Below are positions 9,490 to 19,315 of a stretch of 64,000 nucleotides of DNA, one piece after another. This DNA is from Gemmatimonadaceae bacterium. Lineage in GTDB: Bacteria; Gemmatimonadota; Gemmatimonadetes; Gemmatimonadales; Gemmatimonadaceae. Within the stretch, counting starts at the first letter, position 1; each line of letters opens with the position of its first letter. The position numbers and the translations under genes were made by a program. The notes below the pieces were generated by a model. That model did not search any database. It was not told where the DNA came from and worked only from the letters and a program-made list of their open reading frames with translations. The stretch spans positions 32,001 to 96,000 of the forward strand of contig JBGAJQ010000003.1 of the NCBI GenBank assembly GCA_044224875.1. The letters run 5' to 3'.

Positions 9490-10398
9490 TTGACGCCGAT
9501 CCGGCTGACTCCGACTGTTCGCGACGCGCTGGCCCGCGGCGCGCCCGTGGTGGCCCTCGAAACGTCGGTGCTGGCCCAAGGTCTCCCAACGCCTGCCAAT
9601 CGCGATGCGGCGGATCGAATGGTCGGCGCTGTCGAAGCGGTTGGGGCCGTTCCAGCCTTCACCGCCGTCGTCGGTGGGACAGCGACCATGGGCCTAACGG
9701 GAGACGAGTTGTCGCGATTCCTGGCCCGGGCGGGCGTGGCCAAGGTGTCGTCGCGCGACTTGGGTGTGGTGATGGCGCGGGGCGTCGACGGCGCCACGAC
9801 GGTAGCTGCGGCACTCACCCTCTGCCGCCTGGCGGGCGTCCGCGTATTCGCTACAGGTGGAATTGGCGGCGTGCATCGCGATCCACCGTTCGATGAATCG
9901 GCAGACTTACTCGAGCTTTCACGCACGTCGGCGATCGTGGTGTGTGCCGGCGCCAAGTCGATCCTGGACCTGCAAGCGACGGTCGAACGACTCGAGACCT
10001 TGGGTGTGGCGGTCGTGGGATACCGCACGAACGAGTGGCCCGGATTCCACTGTGCAGAGACGGGGATTGCGGTGCCGAATCACTGCCAAACCGCCGCGGA
10101 GATTGTCGCGGTCTACCGGCGACAGTGCAGCGTCGGTCACCCCTCGGCGTTGCTCGTCGTGCAGCCGCCACCCTCAACGGATGCGCTCACGCGGGAAGAG
10201 GTTGAGCGCGCGATCGAACTGGCGGCTGATCAGGCGCGTCAGGCCGGCGTGCGTGGCGCCGCCTTGACGCCGTTCCTGCTGGCGGCGGTCGAAAGGTCCA
10301 CTTCGGGGCGTTCGCTCTCGGTCAATCTGTCGCTTCTGGAAGCCAACGCGCGACTTGCCGGCGAGATCGCGGCGGAGTTAGGCGGCACTCACTTTTGA
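9490..10398 (+). CDS. psuG: Pseudouridine-5'-phosphate glycosidase
   Basis: PVVALET, GATTVA, FATGGIGGVHR, DESADL, GAKSILD and LTPFLL motifs. Confidence 0.93.
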   Translation: MTPIRLTPTVRDALARGAPVVALETSVLAQGLPTPANRDAADRMVGAVEAVGAVPAFTAVVGGTATMGLTGDELSRFLARAGVAKVSSRDLGVVMARGVDGATTVAAALTLCRLAGVRVFATGGIGGVHRDPPFDESADLLELSRTSAIVVCAGAKSILDLQATVERLETLGVAVVGYRTNEWPGFHCAETGIAVPNHCQTAAEIVAVYRRQCSVGHPSALLVVQPPPSTDALTREEVERAIELAADQARQAGVRGAALTPFLLAAVERSTSGRSLSVNLSLLEANARLAGEIAAELGGTHF

Positions 10399-10548
10399 CC
10401 TTGTAGCCGATGTTCCTCCGGTCGGTTGTCAGGCGTCTGTATCGTTGAGAGTGCTGTGAGCCGTGGGAGTAACCGTCTATGGGTTGAACTTTCGCCGGGC
10501 GGGAACGTACTATTGGCACGCACGCTCGAACTGGAGGAACTTCGAGAG

Positions 10549-11661
10549 ATGCCCGCGCCCTTCATGAGCTCAGAAGAGTACGACGAACGCGCACACCAGC
10601 TCTACAACGAAGGGCAGTATGACGAAGCGCTGCAGATCCTGAACGAGGGGCTCGCGCTCTACCCGCACGCCGTCGAACTGCATATCGGAGTTGGCTACGC
10701 CCGCTTGGCGCGTGAGGAATTCGCCTGGGCGCGACGGAGTTTCGAGGAGGCGTTGATCCTGGATCCCGATCACGAGGACGCGCTGGCGGGTTTGGGTGAG
10801 ACGTTGCTGAAGTTCGGCATGGAAAAGGCGGCACTCAAGTCGTTCCACAAGGTGCTCGAACTCGGATACGAAGACGACGGGGAGTTGATGCTCCAGATTG
10901 GCCGTGCACTCTTCCGCGACGGGTTGGTGAGCGACGCCAAGGACTACTTCGACATCGCCGTTCGTCTTTCTCCCGACTCGGCGGAAGCCGTCTCGCTCGT
11001 CGGCTATTCACTGCATCGACTGGGTGAGGACGACGCGGCCATTGCCACGTTGCGGCGCGCGTTGCAGCTGGACAGTGACCATGCCGAGGCGCGTATTTAC
11101 CTTGGAAACATCCTGTACGATCGCGGCGAGTACGAGGCGGCCTTGTATCACCTGGATCGCTCCGCGCCCGAGGATCACTGGGACGAACTGGGGATCTGGC
11201 GGCTGATGGAGCTGAAGAAGACGATCCATCGGCTCTCCGACGACTCGCCGGAACTCAAGACGTGGGAACGCCGGTTGGGTGAGCTCGCCGGTGAACCTGA
11301 CGACATCGACGAGATGCTCGCCGAGATCGAGCAGCGGGCCGCCGAAGAAGCACAGAACGAGGCGCGTAACCAGCTGGAACTCTTCGGCACCATGCTGTCT
11401 GGGCTGGCGGATACACGCCGGGACGCGTTGACGCATCGCGTCATGACGCGAGATGGGCGACCGTTCGAGGGCACGTGGGTGGACATCGTGGAAAAGATGC
11501 GTGATGCCAACCTGACGTTTGCCGGACGCTCGCTGCAGGACTACATGCTGAACGAGGCTCGCCGGGGTTTTTCCCTCACCGGGATCCTCATTCCTACGGG
11601 TGACGCCGAGAGCTTCATCCGTGGCAGCGCCGACGCTGGACTGCTCCGTATCCTGAAGTGA
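10549..11661 (+). CDS. Tetratricopeptide repeat protein
   Basis: Multiple TPR units (e.g. ALILDPDHEDALAGLG); GGAGG RBS before ATG 10549. Confidence 0.8.
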   Translation: MPAPFMSSEEYDERAHQLYNEGQYDEALQILNEGLALYPHAVELHIGVGYARLAREEFAWARRSFEEALILDPDHEDALAGLGETLLKFGMEKAALKSFHKVLELGYEDDGELMLQIGRALFRDGLVSDAKDYFDIAVRLSPDSAEAVSLVGYSLHRLGEDDAAIATLRRALQLDSDHAEARIYLGNILYDRGEYEAALYHLDRSAPEDHWDELGIWRLMELKKTIHRLSDDSPELKTWERRLGELAGEPDDIDEMLAEIEQRAAEEAQNEARNQLELFGTMLSGLADTRRDALTHRVMTRDGRPFEGTWVDIVEKMRDANLTFAGRSLQDYMLNEARRGFSLTGILIPTGDAESFIRGSADAGLLRILK

Positions 11662-12665
11662 TCGGTTCGGCCGGAGGGCAGCGTGTCGCACAAGCCGCGC
11701 TCGATGCTGCCCGTCCCGCCATCGCGCGATTGGATGAGTCGCGAAGCGGCGACGACCTGGCCGCCGACCTGCTCGAGGCGTGGGAAGGGGTTGAACGGGC
11801 GCTGCGCGCGCTCGCCGGCGTTCCCACCCTTTCCGGTCAGTCGCTCATTCGTGAGGCGCGCCAACGCGACCTGCTGACCCTCGATCAAGCGCACGCGCTG
11901 ATCGAGTTTTCCGCTTCGTGCGAGCGGGCGCGCGAGACCACCTACGAGCCGCAGGGCAGCGACATCCAGAACGCGCGCGTCGGCTTTCACCAGATGGAGT
12001 CGGTGCTCACGCAGTCAACGGTGCACTCAGCACCGATTCAGACGCCGACGCGGAACGAGGCGCAGGCGACGCCGGGGTCTGCGCCCGCGGCCAAGCATGA
12101 CGAGGTGGCTCCACCGGTCCGTCGAAACATCCTTGGGCGTGTGCTCGTGTCGGTGCTGGCGGTCGCGTTACTTGCGGTGGCTGGCTTTTATGTCTGGCAG
12201 CTGACGATGAGCGCGCAGGCGGCGGTGCGGAAAGGCGTGGCGGCGTACGCTGCCGGTCGGCGCAGCGAGGCAAGCCATCAGTTCGACCTGGCGGTCGAGC
12301 GCGATCCCGGGCTGGCTGTCCCGCACGTGTATGCAGGCCGAATGTACCGCGAGGACGGGAACTACGAGAGCGCGGCGCTCGAGCTCAAACGCGCCATCGA
12401 ACTCGAGCCGCGCAATGCGCTCGCGTTGCGCGAGATGGGGTCATACCTCCTGGCTCGCGGCAACTTTGACTTGGCGCGAGCGTTCTATGTGCGCGCGCTG
12501 AGTGTGGACCCCGAAGACAAGTTGGCGATGGGATTCCTTGGCTGCGCGTTGGCACGGCTGGGCCGGTACGACGAAGCGCAGCGATTTGCCCAGCGTGCCG
12601 GCCCTGGCGCCTGGTCGGCCTGCCTCACGCCACCACCGCCGGTCATGCTGCCCGCGCCTCGTTAG
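11658..12665 (+). CDS. Membrane-anchored TPR protein
   Basis: GTGA overlap with upstream gene, central TM helix, C-terminal TPRs (AIELEPRNALA). Confidence 0.75.
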   Translation: MIGSAGGQRVAQAALDAARPAIARLDESRSGDDLAADLLEAWEGVERALRALAGVPTLSGQSLIREARQRDLLTLDQAHALIEFSASCERARETTYEPQGSDIQNARVGFHQMESVLTQSTVHSAPIQTPTRNEAQATPGSAPAAKHDEVAPPVRRNILGRVLVSVLAVALLAVAGFYVWQLTMSAQAAVRKGVAAYAAGRRSEASHQFDLAVERDPGLAVPHVYAGRMYREDGNYESAALELKRAIELEPRNALALREMGSYLLARGNFDLARAFYVRALSVDPEDKLAMGFLGCALARLGRYDEAQRFAQRAGPGAWSACLTPPPPVMLPAPR

Positions 12666-12698
12666 GCGCTCCACTCGCTCCTCCTACCTGCACCTCAC

Positions 12699-15302
12699 GT
12701 GTTTCGCGATGTGGTCCGCCATCGTCTGGCGAACGGGCTGACGGTCCTGTTCAGGCGTGACGTCTCGGCCCCAGTGGCGGCCGTCGTTACGTACGTACGG
12801 GCGGGGTACTTCGACGAGACCGACGACATCGTCGGGATCGCCCATGTCCTGGAGCACATGTACTTCAAGGGCACACCGTCACGCGCGGTCGGCGAGATCG
12901 CACGTGAGACCAAGGCGCAAGGTGGCTACCTGAATGCCGGGACGATTTACGACCACACGTCCTATTACGCGGTAGTCCCGGCCGACGGCTTCACCAAGGC
13001 GTTGGAAGTACAGGCCGACGCCTACGCCAACTCCAGCATCGATGCCAGCGAGCTCGCTCGTGAGCTCGAGGTGATCATCGAGGAGGCCAAACGAAAGGCA
13101 GACACGCCCGAAGCCGTCACGACCGAGACCTTGTTCGAGCTGCTACACGACGTTCATCGCATCCGACGATGGCGGATCGGCCGGGAAGACGGGCTACGCC
13201 GGCTCACACGCAGTCATCTCGTCAACTTCTACCGGAACCTCTACCGGCCGTCCACCACGGTCTTGTCGATTGTCGGGGACTTGGACCCGGACAGCGTGCT
13301 GCAGGACGTCGATCGCCTGTATGGGCACCTACCGTCTGGTGAGGCGCAACGCTCCCGAGGACCACGGGAGACGCAACGTCCGGGATTTCGCTATCGCGAA
13401 CTGTCCAGCGACATCGCGCAATCGGAGGTCGCCTTTGGTTGGCGCACGCCCGGCACGTTGCACGCCGACACCCCGGCACTCGACATGGCGGCGCTCGTAC
13501 TTGGCACGGGACGCGCGTCGCGCCTTTACCGCGCCGTACGCGAACGCGAACTCGCGTCCTCCGTTTCTGCGTACAACTACACCCCGAGCGAGCTGGGCGT
13601 GTTCGTCGTGCACGCCGAGGGCGAGCCGGCGCGGACGCGCGAGGCCGCGGCGGCCATGTGGAATGAAGTCCTGCGCTTGCGGGATGAGCCCATTCCCAGC
13701 GGAGAATTGGAGCGCGCCCGGCGCGTGCACGAGTCACGCTGGCTGCGACGGCTGGAGACCATGGACGGCCAAGCCAATGTGCTGGCGGAGTGGGAGAGCC
13801 TTGGCGGTTGGGAGCTGGCGGACCAGTTCTTCGACCGGACCATGCGCGTGTCGCCGAGCGAGTTGCGGGACGCCGTGGCGACACACCTGACTCCGGAGGA
13901 TGCGTCGATGTTGGCACACCGTCCCCGGAACAGCGCCGTGGTCGCCGCCAGCACGAATGAGGCAAGGTTGCTGCTGCCGAACGCATCGGTGACTCCTTCG
14001 GGCGCGTGGAGCCTGACGATCGACGCACCCGCCGTCATCGCGCGACCGGCCTCGCCACACCGTACCGTGGGCGCGGTCCGTATTTACCATCACGAGTCCA
14101 CTGGGCTCCCAGTGCTGGTGCGATTGAAGCCTGGCGCGGCGGTTTCGCACGTCGGGGTCTTCGCCTTGGGTGGAGCCGCGGCCGAGCCAGCGCACGTGGC
14201 GGGTGTGGCCTTGCTGAGCGGCCGAGCCGCCTTGAAAGGCACGGAACGACGTTCGGCGGCGCAGGTCGCCGAATCGTCGGAGTTGCTGGGCGGCAGTATC
14301 AGTCCGTCGGTATCCAGTGACGGCCTCGGCTTTACGTTGTCGGTGCCGACGCCACGCATCGGCCCGGCAATCGAACTGCTTGCCGACGTCGCGCAGTACC
14401 CGTTGCTGAACGCCGCGGACATCGAGACGGAGCGGTCGGTCCTGTTGTCGCAGCTGGCGCAGCTGCGCGACGACATGTTCCGGTATCCCGTTCGTCTGGC
14501 GACGCAAGCGGCGTTTGGAAGCCACGCGTATGCTCGCGGCACCATGGGATCCGAGGAGAGCGTTCGGGCGATCACGAGGGCCGATGTGCTCGCGTGGCTC
14601 CGAGAACGCGCGGCGTCGTGGGTCGTTGGTGTGGTCGCTGACGGCGATCCGGACGCGCTCGCCGCCGAGGTTGTCGCGCGCTTTGGCGCCCTGCGGATGG
14701 CGGAGCCTCCGGTAATCGTGACGCCCGAGTGGCCCGCCGAGGCGCGCATTCAGGCGGAGACGCGCGACAAGGCCCAGTCGGCGCTCGCGCTGCTTTTTCC
14801 GGGCCCGTCACACCGCGATCCGAGGCGCTTTCCGGCGCGCCTGATCGCCGCGGTGACGAGCGGCCTTGGCGGTCGGTTCTTCGATCAACTGCGGGACCGC
14901 CAGTCGTTGTGCTACACGGTGCACGCGTCGCCGTCGGAGCGTGTGGCCGCAGGCGTGTTCTCGGCGTACATCGCAACCTCACCCGAAAAGGAAGACGTCG
15001 CTCGTGAGGGGTTGCTGCGCGAGTTTGCGAAGCTTCGCGAGGCGCCCGTCACGGATGACGAATTGAGTCGCGCGCAGCGCTACGTGATCGGAACGCACGC
15101 CATCGCCCAACAGCACGGGGGTACGCAGTTGGCTGAAATGGTGGATGCGTGGCTCTTCGGCGAGGGACTGGAGGAACTCGATCGCTACGCCGATCGACTC
15201 CGGTCGCAGACCCCGGCGGATTTGCAGCGCGTGGCGCAAGAGTACTTCCATCAGGAGCGTCGCGTCGAGGGAGTCGTCCGCGGCACCGGTCGCAAGGTGT
15301 GA
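12699..15302 (+). CDS. M16 family zinc protease (pitrilysin-like, single-chain two-module)
   Basis: Inverted zincin HVLEH, RLANGLTV start, second degenerate M16 module with LRDRQSLCY. Confidence 0.9.
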   Translation: MFRDVVRHRLANGLTVLFRRDVSAPVAAVVTYVRAGYFDETDDIVGIAHVLEHMYFKGTPSRAVGEIARETKAQGGYLNAGTIYDHTSYYAVVPADGFTKALEVQADAYANSSIDASELARELEVIIEEAKRKADTPEAVTTETLFELLHDVHRIRRWRIGREDGLRRLTRSHLVNFYRNLYRPSTTVLSIVGDLDPDSVLQDVDRLYGHLPSGEAQRSRGPRETQRPGFRYRELSSDIAQSEVAFGWRTPGTLHADTPALDMAALVLGTGRASRLYRAVRERELASSVSAYNYTPSELGVFVVHAEGEPARTREAAAAMWNEVLRLRDEPIPSGELERARRVHESRWLRRLETMDGQANVLAEWESLGGWELADQFFDRTMRVSPSELRDAVATHLTPEDASMLAHRPRNSAVVAASTNEARLLLPNASVTPSGAWSLTIDAPAVIARPASPHRTVGAVRIYHHESTGLPVLVRLKPGAAVSHVGVFALGGAAAEPAHVAGVALLSGRAALKGTERRSAAQVAESSELLGGSISPSVSSDGLGFTLSVPTPRIGPAIELLADVAQYPLLNAADIETERSVLLSQLAQLRDDMFRYPVRLATQAAFGSHAYARGTMGSEESVRAITRADVLAWLRERAASWVVGVVADGDPDALAAEVVARFGALRMAEPPVIVTPEWPAEARIQAETRDKAQSALALLFPGPSHRDPRRFPARLIAAVTSGLGGRFFDQLRDRQSLCYTVHASPSERVAAGVFSAYIATSPEKEDVAREGLLREFAKLREAPVTDDELSRAQRYVIGTHAIAQQHGGTQLAEMVDAWLFGEGLEELDRYADRLRSQTPADLQRVAQEYFHQERRVEGVVRGTGRKV

Positions 15303-15303
15303 C

Positions 15304-16023
15304 CTAACGACGCTGCATTGGTGGATACCCGAGGGCCGTATTGAGCCAGCGGACGAACGGCAGCATAAGGCGAAAGTCCTTTTCGATGCGCTCCGGGAGC
15401 TTGGCGCTCAGCACCTGCGCGTCGGTCAGCGGCGCGTGGACGGTGAACGACACGTAGCGCAGGTACGGCTCGGCGGGGTGGCCTGGTGCAAAGCCGCGTG
15501 GCAAGCGCTTGAGCATGCCCTCGGTACTGAGCGGGCTGAAGCGACGCTTGAATGACTTTTCGGAGAGTATCGCCGCCAGCGCCTTGGGCTTGTCGATCAG
15601 GGCGTCGCGAATGACGGCCAGCCGATCGCGTGGGGGCATCCAGATGCCCCCGGCGACCATGCTCGCGCCAGGTTCAACATGCACGTAGAAACCGGCGCCT
15701 GCGCCGTGAGTCTCGCTGCCAACGCCGTGGCCCGCGCGGGCGTGGGTGAGCCAGAACGAGACGTGAGTCTTGTACGGCGACTTGTCCTTCGAGAAGCGGA
15801 CATCGCGATGGATTCGGAAGATCGAACGTTTCGGATTCCCGACGATCTCCGGGGCAAAGCCGGCGCAGCGTACATCCAACTCCTCGACCAGCAGGCGAAG
15901 CGGCGCCAGGAGCTCCTGGTCATACGCCGCCCGATGATCCGTGAACCAGGCACGATCGTTGTGACGTTTGAGCTGACGAAGAAAGGTGAAGGCGGTGGGT
16001 CGAAAGGGAGTGAACGTCGGCAT
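15304..16023 (-). CDS. DUF2461 family protein
   Basis: FLRQLKRHNDRAWF and FRIHRDVRFSKDKSPYKT signature. Confidence 0.88.
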   Translation of the reverse strand: MPTFTPFRPTAFTFLRQLKRHNDRAWFTDHRAAYDQELLAPLRLLVEELDVRCAGFAPEIVGNPKRSIFRIHRDVRFSKDKSPYKTHVSFWLTHARAGHGVGSETHGAGAGFYVHVEPGASMVAGGIWMPPRDRLAVIRDALIDKPKALAAILSEKSFKRRFSPLSTEGMLKRLPRGFAPGHPAEPYLRYVSFTVHAPLTDAQVLSAKLPERIEKDFRLMLPFVRWLNTALGYPPMQRR

Positions 16024-16035
16024 GTGACGCGGGGA

Positions 16036-17571
16036 TCAGGGTTTGACGGTGGCGACTTCGGCCAGGGAGCGTTGCGCGCGGTCGAGGGTGGCGACCACCG
16101 AGCGGAGGTGGCCATCGGGCGCCCGCAACCCGAAGATGGCATCGTAGTCGGCCGCACCGTCGATCACTACGCCTTGGATACGGGGCAGCGTGGTAGCCCA
16201 GCTCAGCACGCCCCAGGCAGCCAGCGCCTGGTTCGCTTCGCCGAACAGTCGCGGATTCGCGCCGGTGGCGAACACCCACATCGGTCGCCCGGCCTCACGC
16301 GACCACTGCCCAGCGACGCGTAGTCGTGCCTCCAGCGAATGGCCGCCGCCATACGACGGCGCAAGCGTGAAACCGACGAGGTCCAGTGGGCTGTCGGAGC
16401 CCTGCGCCCAGCGGAACAACGCGCTGTCGAAAGGGGTGAAGGCCGCAACGGACACTCCCACACGCGTGCGCGGACGCAGCTGTCGAGCGCGGGCGGCCGC
16501 GTCGCCCAGAAACTGCCGCCACCACGTGGCGGGAAGCTCGCCCAGTGACGCTACGCCTAACGAACCTGGGTCCCGCGCAGGGAGCAGCACATCTGGCCGC
16601 AAGCGCCGTACGGCGCGATCCACGGCCTCGAGCCGCGCGCGCGCGTACGCCGCCGGGTCCCGGGCGGCAAGGCGCCCGTCCCGAGCATCATAGCCCAGCG
16701 AGAGCAGGATGAGCGTGCTGTCGCGGCGCAGGTCGTCCAGCGCCCGCGACACGGAGTCGAGGGCCGTCCCGCGCGTGCCATCCGGCGTGACGTACACCTG
16801 CACGGCGTCCAGCCCGAGCGAGTCGATGAGTGTCAGGTCGCCACGGAGGGCACCCGGTGATGGCGCGCGCTCGATTTCCGGGAGGATCCTCAGGCCGAGC
16901 AGGAAGTCTCCTCCGGGTCGCTCCTGCAGCCGGTCTGCGGAGAACTGACCAAAGCTCTGCCACGCCTCGATGGCGCGGGGATACTCGGCGAGTGTCAGGA
17001 GCGTGACCGCGGCCGTGGCGAGGGCGAGCAAACCTGCCGCCGCGCGTCCGCGCCGGTAGCGCGCTGGAACAACCGGCGCCAAAACCGGCACCATCAGCGC
17101 CCAAGGTGACAGGAGGGCATCGCGCCCGAAGACCAGTCCGAGCGTACTGGCGCTGGCCAGTCCGGCGGCGCCGGCGGCGCTCGGTAGGGTCCATCCATTC
17201 GCATTTGCGTATTGCGCAGAGGCGCTCGCGCCAACCGCCAGATTGAACAGCACCAACGGCACGCCGAGTGCGGGGCGTGTCAGGCGTTGCGCGACGGCGG
17301 CCACGGAGTGAGCCACGAAGAGCAGGGTCGTGAGCGGCCACGCCCACGCGACTACCGACGTGGCCCGGCCGGTGAGCGCACTGGCCGAGGTGAGGGCGAT
17401 GGCGAAGGCGGGTATGACGAGGAGTCCGTTCAGGCCGGTCAGTCCGCGCAACCATGGAGACCCGCGTTGCAACTGCACCGCCGTGCCGGCATGGCGGACG
17501 TTCCACGCCAGCATGAGGAGAACGATCGCGGCGTAGGCGACCTGGGGCCCGCGGAACGGCAGCGTGGTCAT
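16036..17571 (-). CDS. Hypothetical multi-TM protein with C-terminal glycoside hydrolase-like TIM-barrel region
   Basis: About six TM helices followed by an alternating alpha/beta domain ('DLTLIDSLGLDAVQV', 'RPMWVF', 'FGLRAPDG'). Confidence 0.55.
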   Translation of the reverse strand: MTTLPFRGPQVAYAAIVLLMLAWNVRHAGTAVQLQRGSPWLRGLTGLNGLLVIPAFAIALTSASALTGRATSVVAWAWPLTTLLFVAHSVAAVAQRLTRPALGVPLVLFNLAVGASASAQYANANGWTLPSAAGAAGLASASTLGLVFGRDALLSPWALMVPVLAPVVPARYRRGRAAAGLLALATAAVTLLTLAEYPRAIEAWQSFGQFSADRLQERPGGDFLLGLRILPEIERAPSPGALRGDLTLIDSLGLDAVQVYVTPDGTRGTALDSVSRALDDLRRDSTLILLSLGYDARDGRLAARDPAAYARARLEAVDRAVRRLRPDVLLPARDPGSLGVASLGELPATWWRQFLGDAAARARQLRPRTRVGVSVAAFTPFDSALFRWAQGSDSPLDLVGFTLAPSYGGGHSLEARLRVAGQWSREAGRPMWVFATGANPRLFGEANQALAAWGVLSWATTLPRIQGVVIDGAADYDAIFGLRAPDGHLRSVVATLDRAQRSLAEVATVKP

Positions 17572-17728
17572 CGTCGCTCACGTCCGGGTGAGCGTGGTCT
17601 GAATGGCGAGTGAGGGACCGTCATCGGTGGCACGGCAAAGGTGGTGGTGCGCACCCTCATCGGCAACGGAACGGCGCGTCACGCGCACTCGCTGGCCGCC
17701 CCTCCGTCCCGTCGGTTACCTTGCGCAG

Positions 17729-18256
17729 ATGGATCGTGGCACGCTCGTCAGCCTTCCCAATGCCATCTCGATGTCCCGTTTGCTGCTCGCGGTGGCGTTC
17801 GTTGCCGCGGACGACGCACGGGTACGGCTGGGATTGATCGGTGCCGCGTCTCTGACCGATTACCTCGACGGGTGGTTGGCGCGCCGACAGCACACCACGA
17901 GCGACTGGGGAGCGCTCATCGACCCGTTGGCCGACCGGATCTTTGTGTTCACGGCGGTCTCCGTTTTCCTCGTGTCGCACGCCATCACCACCGTCCAGTA
18001 CTTCGTCCTGATCTCGAGGGACCTGATGACCGCGATCGGGTTTCTGGTGGCGCGTTCGGTTCCCATGTTGCGACCGGTGCACTTTCGGGCTCGGCCGTTA
18101 GGCAAGACGGTCACGGTGTTGCAGCTGATTACCCTCATCGCCGTCCTCGCGCTCCCCAGCGTAGTCGGTCGGCTCATCGTCCTGGTCGGCGTGGCCTCGG
18201 CGTTCTCGATCACCGACTACACCCTGGCCCTATGGAACCAGCGCGCGCGATCCTGA
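17729..18256 (+). CDS. CDP-alcohol phosphatidyltransferase (PgsA-like)
   Basis: LPNAISMSR and TDYLDGWLARR...GALIDPLADR signature. Confidence 0.9.
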   Translation: MDRGTLVSLPNAISMSRLLLAVAFVAADDARVRLGLIGAASLTDYLDGWLARRQHTTSDWGALIDPLADRIFVFTAVSVFLVSHAITTVQYFVLISRDLMTAIGFLVARSVPMLRPVHFRARPLGKTVTVLQLITLIAVLALPSVVGRLIVLVGVASAFSITDYTLALWNQRARS

Positions 18257-18717
18257 TCGCGCTCAGTGCTGGGCTGCTCGTCCCGGACGTGCCGCTCGCG
18301 GCTCAGGTGCAACGATCCATGCGACCCGAACTCCGCGTGGATGCCTTGGCGTCGCGCGCCCCGTCGCTCCAACTCGGTCTTGGGGCGGCATTCCCTGTGG
18401 GCACCTATGTGCGCTTGGCGGCAGTCGCCGGTGGCGGGGTGGCGCGACGGCACGGCACGTCCGGCGGCGCGGCCCGCGCCGATGTCGTCGTGCGCTTCTT
18501 GCTCGACCCCTACGGCGAAGCACGCCTCGGGTTCTACGGTCTGGGCGGCCTCAGCGTGCGCTATGATGAGTTTGACCAGTGGCGTCCCGATGCCATGATT
18601 GGCTTTGGACTCGAAGGTCGATTTCGCACGCCGTTGACCCCCGCGTTCGAACTCAGCTTAGGGGGAGGCGTTCGAGCTGGCGTGGTGCTGCGCTGGACGC
18701 GAGGCGACGTCCGCTAA
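18232..18717 (+). CDS. Hypothetical exported beta-strand-rich protein
   Basis: Signal-like N-terminus ending LAAQ, Gly-rich alternating strands typical of small outer-membrane barrels. Confidence 0.55.
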   Translation: MEPARAILIALSAGLLVPDVPLAAQVQRSMRPELRVDALASRAPSLQLGLGAAFPVGTYVRLAAVAGGGVARRHGTSGGAARADVVVRFLLDPYGEARLGFYGLGGLSVRYDEFDQWRPDAMIGFGLEGRFRTPLTPAFELSLGGGVRAGVVLRWTRGDVR

Positions 18718-18744
18718 GTCCCCGAAGCCCCGCGGTCAGCCCTC

Positions 18745-18778
18745 AAACAAAACCGCCCCCCACTTCGTGTGAGGGGCG
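18745..18778 (-). terminator. Rho-independent terminator
   Basis: Minus-strand hairpin CGCCCCTCAC-ACGAA-GTGGGGGGCG followed by GTTTTGTTTG, downstream of 18793..19074. Confidence 0.65.
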
Positions 18779-18792
18779 ACGCTTGACGTCGT

Positions 18793-19074
18793 TCAGCCGA
18801 CGCTCACGGCCGCTGCAGTCGCGGCCGGGGCCTTTGGCGGTTGCACAAACCGCTCGCCGAGTACGCGAAGCTCACCCAGTTGACGCTCCGTCAGCTCGTG
18901 GTAGCGCTCGGCCACGTACTTCATGGTGTCATCGAACCACTCAGTCTGGTGCTCCGGCTCGGAGCCAATGACACCGCATCGCATGATGTGCTGGAACAAC
19001 TCGTCACGCGCCTCATCGAACGGCGTAGGTAGCGTGACCTCCTTGGTCGTCCTTCGAACTCGGTTTTTCCCCAT
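18793..19074 (-). CDS. Small hypothetical protein
   Basis: Compact 93-aa ORF with normal codon usage, followed by a terminator. Confidence 0.7.
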   Translation of the reverse strand: MGKNRVRRTTKEVTLPTPFDEARDELFQHIMRCGVIGSEPEHQTEWFDDTMKYVAERYHELTERQLGELRVLGERFVQPPKAPAATAAAVSVG

Positions 19075-19315
19075 GAAGTCTCAGGCTAGAGGGTGGAAGA
19101 CAAGGCCTCAATTTAATGCACTGGCGGCAGTCGCAGAAGTTACGCAGGACGTCCCGGAAACGTTTGGGATTCTGCGTGCAAGTTGGTACGCCCAAATCTG
19201 TTGCGCATACTCATCAGTTTGGTTGCAAAGCGCGTCGTTTCGCCGTGGTTTTCTCCCCTTCGGCGCGAGTCCGGCACCGACTCGACAGGCCATCGGAAAG
19301 AGAACTGCGGCTGAG

